Below are positions 52,328 through 55,762 of a stretch of DNA of 55,762 bases, piece by piece (the stretch's first letter is position 1; each line of letters opens with the position of its first letter). The notes under the pieces were generated by a model. That model was given only the letters and a program-made list of their open reading frames with translations, was not told the DNA's origin and did no database searches. The DNA is from a virus (lineage: Duplodnaviria; Caudoviricetes): IMG/VR virus record IMGVR_UViG_3300012862_000041, positions 1 through 55,762 of that record; one strand, written 5' to 3'. The translations under genes and the position numbers were made by a program.

Positions 52328-55300
52328 ATGCAATTTCCAAGGGCTGGGGGGCGCTTGTCAGTAAATTTTGGACATCTGAGCCAGATAAGCCCTGAACTAC
52401 ATCGCCTCGGCACGTTGGCAGAACGCTTCTTCGCGGAAGATGCCAATACCTCCCTGATCAAAAGCCGCCAATTCGGCGAGTATATGGTCAAGGAAATCGC
52501 TGCTTTGTCTGGCGTTTATGACGCCGAGCGGCGCGAAACAACGAATGACCTGATCCGTCGGCTGGTGACGCAACAAGTCCTCCCGCGTGAAGTGGCAGAC
52601 ATTTTCCACGCAGTTCGGCGAAGTGGAAATGAAGCCAGTCACGGTTTTGGCGGCTCAGTTGCGGACGCTCTTGCTGCCCTGAAGTTCTGTCGTGCCCTCG
52701 GCGTCTGGTACCGCCGCACCTATGGTCGCGATCCGAATTTTAAACCCGGCCCCTTTGTGCCACCCAAAGCCACGCCAGACCTGGACAATGATACGCATAT
52801 AGAGCTTGAGGCGCTGAGGCTCCAGGTGCAGCAGTCCGAGGACAAGCTTGCAGCCGCTAACGCAACCGCTGATGAATTGGCCAAAGCCCGAGCGGCGGCC
52901 GAGGAACTGGCCAGACAGGCGGCAGAGGACAGTGCGGTTTGGGAAAAGACCGCTGTCGAGCTCGAAGCCAACCAGGCGGTGCTAGCTAGCAAGCTTGCTC
53001 AACTGCAGAGACAGGCAGAAAGCCAGCCTGAGCAGGTGCAGTTGGAGTTCAAGCAAGCCGGCCTCCAGGCCGCGAGCCGCTTGGAGCTTGATGAACGCCA
53101 GACGCGCCGACTGATCGATGTGCAGCTTGCAGATGCTGGCTGGGAGGCCGACAGCGATAGTCTGACCTACCAGAAAGGCGCTCGTCCGGTGGAAGGACGC
53201 AATCTGGCAATTGCCGAGTGGCCCTCTGAAGGTGGACGGGCGGACTACGCGCTCTTCATCGGCTTCCATTGTGTCGGGATCATCGAGGCCAAGCGCGAGA
53301 GCGTCGATGTTCCGTCCACCCTGCAGCAGGCGGAGCGCTATGCTCGCACAATTGTTCTGACCTCAGATGAGAGCCACCCGGACGGCCCTTGGAAGTACGG
53401 CCTGGATGTCCCCTACCGCGTGCCCTTCGTCTTCGCCACGAATGGCCGCCCCCATGTGCGCCAGTGGCTGACCAAGTCGGGCATCTGGTACCGGGATGTT
53501 AGGCGGGAGACGAACCACGCTATCGCGATGACGAGCTGGTTCTCGCCAAAAGACCTCATCGACAAGCTCGACACCGATGTCGACGCCGCAGCGCAAGGTC
53601 TTGCCGACGAAAGTTTCGGCAAAGGCAAGATGCGCCCCTATCAGGAAGAGGCCATCGCAGCGATCGAGGATGCCGTGGTTGCCGGCCAGCGCGACATCCT
53701 TGTCTCCATGGCCACCGGCACCGGTAAGACGCGCACGGCCATAGCGTTGATGTATCGCCTCCTAAAGCACAAGCGTTTTCGCCGCATCCTCTTTCTCGTT
53801 GACCGAAAGGCGCTGGGCAAACAGACGAGCGACGCCTTGGAGACCACCGAGATTGAGGGCATGCTGAACTTCGCCCAAATCTATAAAGTTGCGGGGCTGG
53901 AGCAGAAGTTGCCTGAAGACGAGGACCAGGTGCAGGTCGCAACGGTGCAGTCGCTCATTGCCCGAATTCTGAACGAACCGGACCCGGCCAAGCGCCCGAC
54001 GCCAGGCACCTTCGACTGCATCATCGTGGACGAGGCTCACCGGGGCTACACCCTGGACGCGGAGTTGCGTGAGAGCGACATCGGCTTCCGCAACATCGAC
54101 GATTACCAGTCAGCGTATCGTCAGGTCCTCGATTACTTCGATGCCGTCAAGGTGGCATTGACGGCAACGCCCGCGCTGCACACCCGCGAGATTTTCGGGC
54201 ATCCCGTCTTCCACTATGGCTACCGCCAGGCCGTCGTTGAGGGCTATCTCAACGATCACCTTCCGCCCAGGCGCATTACGACGGCACTGTCGGAGGCCGG
54301 CATTCATTTTGAGGGCGGTGAAGAAGTCGAGATCATCGACCGCCAGACGGGTCAGATCGATCTTTTCGAGCTGCCAGATGAAGTCACGCTCGATTACGAC
54401 CTCGCCGACTTCAACAAGCGTGTCTATTCGGAAGCCTTCAACCGGATCGTCTGTCGCGCGATCGCGATTGAAATCTCGCCGTCGAAGCCGGGCAAGACGT
54501 TAGTCTTTGCCGCTCGGGATGCCCATGCCGACGATATTGTGCGCCTGCTAATCGAGGAGCTGCAGGAAGAGTACGGTAAGGAGGCGGTGCCGCATGGCAT
54601 GGTGGTGAAAATCACCGGCAACGTCGACAAGGCCGACGACCTTATCCTGAAGTTCAAAAACGACCCCTATCCCAAATATGTCGTCACCGTTGATCTGCTC
54701 ACCACCGGCGTCGATGTCCCCTCGATCTGCAATCTCGTCTTTGTTCGTCGGGTGAAGAGCCGCATCCTCTACGACCAGATGATTGGCCGCGCCACGCGAC
54801 TTTGCCCGGAGATTGCCAAAGAGCATTTCCGCATCTTTGACGCTGTTGATCTCTATGCGGAACTGCAGGACATGACGGACATGCGGCCCGTGGTCGTCAA
54901 GCCCGATATCTCGCTGGGTCAACTCGTCACCGATCTGCAGAAGGCCGATAGCGAGGAGGACAAGAGCTGGGTTGCTGGCCAGGTGATCGTGCGCATGCGC
55001 GCCCTGATGAAGCGGATGGATGACGAGACCCGTGAAATCTTCGAGCGCCAAACCGGCGAAAGCCCGGACATGGCCTTGCAGAGGCTCGCCACCCGCTCTG
55101 GTGCCCAGTTGCAGGATTGGCTTGCCGCCCATCCGCGCGTGGTCGAGCTGCTGGAGCGCCGCCCACTGCGCACCGACAAGAACGATGGCGTCGTCATCTC
55201 CAGCCATGAAGACGAACTGCTGCGCATCGAGGAGATTTTCGGCAGGAACACGACGCCGGAGGATTACATTACCGGCTTTGAGCGTTTCGTCCGCGAGAAC

Positions 55301-55762
55301 ATGAACCAATTGCCGGCACTCATCGCCGTTACCCAGCGGCCGCGCGATCTCACCCGCAAGGAATTGTCAGAACTGGCGGGGCTGCTGGATGAAAAGAACT
55401 ATTCGGAAGCCATGCTGCGTGCCGCCTATGGCCGCGCGCGCAACGCGGATATCGCTGCCCATATCATCGGCTTCGTGCGCCAGGCGGCACTGGGCGATCC
55501 GTTGATCCCCTATGCCAGCCGCGTCGACAATGCGATCATCAAGATCGAGGCCTCGCGCCCTTGGACGGCCAAGCAGAAGGAATGGTTGCGGCGCATTGGC
55601 CGCGCGCTGAAAGACAAGCCGGTTGCGGATCCGACATTGCTCGACCAGGGCGTCTTTGCCGATAAGGGCGGGTTCAAGCGCATCTCCCAGGAGTTTGACG
55701 ACGACCTCGACGAAGTGCTGCACGCCTTCAACGAGGCAATCTGGGCGCCTCCTGCGGCCTGA
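52328..55762 (+). CDS. hsdR: Type I restriction endonuclease subunit R
   Basis: ADY.L...IIEAK nuclease motif, MATGTGKT, DEAH, LTATP, LLTTGVDVP, QMIGRATR; start may be TTG 52355. Confidence 0.97.
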   Translation: MQFPRAGGRLSVNFGHLSQISPELHRLGTLAERFFAEDANTSLIKSRQFGEYMVKEIAALSGVYDAERRETTNDLIRRLVTQQVLPREVADIFHAVRRSGNEASHGFGGSVADALAALKFCRALGVWYRRTYGRDPNFKPGPFVPPKATPDLDNDTHIELEALRLQVQQSEDKLAAANATADELAKARAAAEELARQAAEDSAVWEKTAVELEANQAVLASKLAQLQRQAESQPEQVQLEFKQAGLQAASRLELDERQTRRLIDVQLADAGWEADSDSLTYQKGARPVEGRNLAIAEWPSEGGRADYALFIGFHCVGIIEAKRESVDVPSTLQQAERYARTIVLTSDESHPDGPWKYGLDVPYRVPFVFATNGRPHVRQWLTKSGIWYRDVRRETNHAIAMTSWFSPKDLIDKLDTDVDAAAQGLADESFGKGKMRPYQEEAIAAIEDAVVAGQRDILVSMATGTGKTRTAIALMYRLLKHKRFRRILFLVDRKALGKQTSDALETTEIEGMLNFAQIYKVAGLEQKLPEDEDQVQVATVQSLIARILNEPDPAKRPTPGTFDCIIVDEAHRGYTLDAELRESDIGFRNIDDYQSAYRQVLDYFDAVKVALTATPALHTREIFGHPVFHYGYRQAVVEGYLNDHLPPRRITTALSEAGIHFEGGEEVEIIDRQTGQIDLFELPDEVTLDYDLADFNKRVYSEAFNRIVCRAIAIEISPSKPGKTLVFAARDAHADDIVRLLIEELQEEYGKEAVPHGMVVKITGNVDKADDLILKFKNDPYPKYVVTVDLLTTGVDVPSICNLVFVRRVKSRILYDQMIGRATRLCPEIAKEHFRIFDAVDLYAELQDMTDMRPVVVKPDISLGQLVTDLQKADSEEDKSWVAGQVIVRMRALMKRMDDETREIFERQTGESPDMALQRLATRSGAQLQDWLAAHPRVVELLERRPLRTDKNDGVVISSHEDELLRIEEIFGRNTTPEDYITGFERFVRENMNQLPALIAVTQRPRDLTRKELSELAGLLDEKNYSEAMLRAAYGRARNADIAAHIIGFVRQAALGDPLIPYASRVDNAIIKIEASRPWTAKQKEWLRRIGRALKDKPVADPTLLDQGVFADKGGFKRISQEFDDDLDEVLHAFNEAIWAPPAA

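Larger units (their letters stand above)
48343..55762. mobile_element. Integrative mobilisable element/defence island (continues beyond window)
   Basis: Integrase right after the tRNA-Gly 3' end, plus relaxase and type I RM gene. Confidence 0.8.

Noticed and set aside
52328-55762. Orphan hsdR as a novel stand-alone defence gene
   Set aside because: The window ends at its stop codon; hsdM and hsdS probably follow outside the window

Overview
Most of this window (1 to ~47,983) is a lambdoid, HK97-head siphoviral prophage in an alphaproteobacterial host, probably Hyphomicrobiales (GapR/DUF2312 gene, GAAC-N7-GAAC LexA boxes, GTA-like tail genes). Its left end and integrase lie outside the window. 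In order it carries: a leftward early operon (HNH, NinB, ERF, a nucleotidyltransferase); pL operators; about 4 kb of immunity-region cargo; cI/cro with pR operators; a replication region with iterons; a higBA moron; packaging, head and tail genes; a tailspike; an EpsG/Wzy moron; an atypical tRNA-Cys; a lysis cassette; SOS/SRAP genes; and a boundary at the 3' end of tRNA-Tyr. Beyond a divergent tRNA-Gly lies a second integrative, probably mobilisable element (tyrosine integrase, variant MOBV relaxase, type I hsdR) that continues past the window end. Best candidates for undescribed systems: (i) a compact Stealth-family sugar-phosphotransferase gene between the major capsid and portal genes (possible virion glycosylation); (ii) a RelE-like toxin / tailed HTH antitoxin / DUF6941 three-gene operon at the rexAB-equivalent position (TAC-like defence with a non-SecB third partner); (iii) a CCA/poly(A)-polymerase-like nucleotidyltransferase plus a non-canonical phage tRNA-Cys; (iv) a tailspike-linked Wzy-like conversion cassette. 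All family assignments come from reading motifs by eye; no database searches were run.
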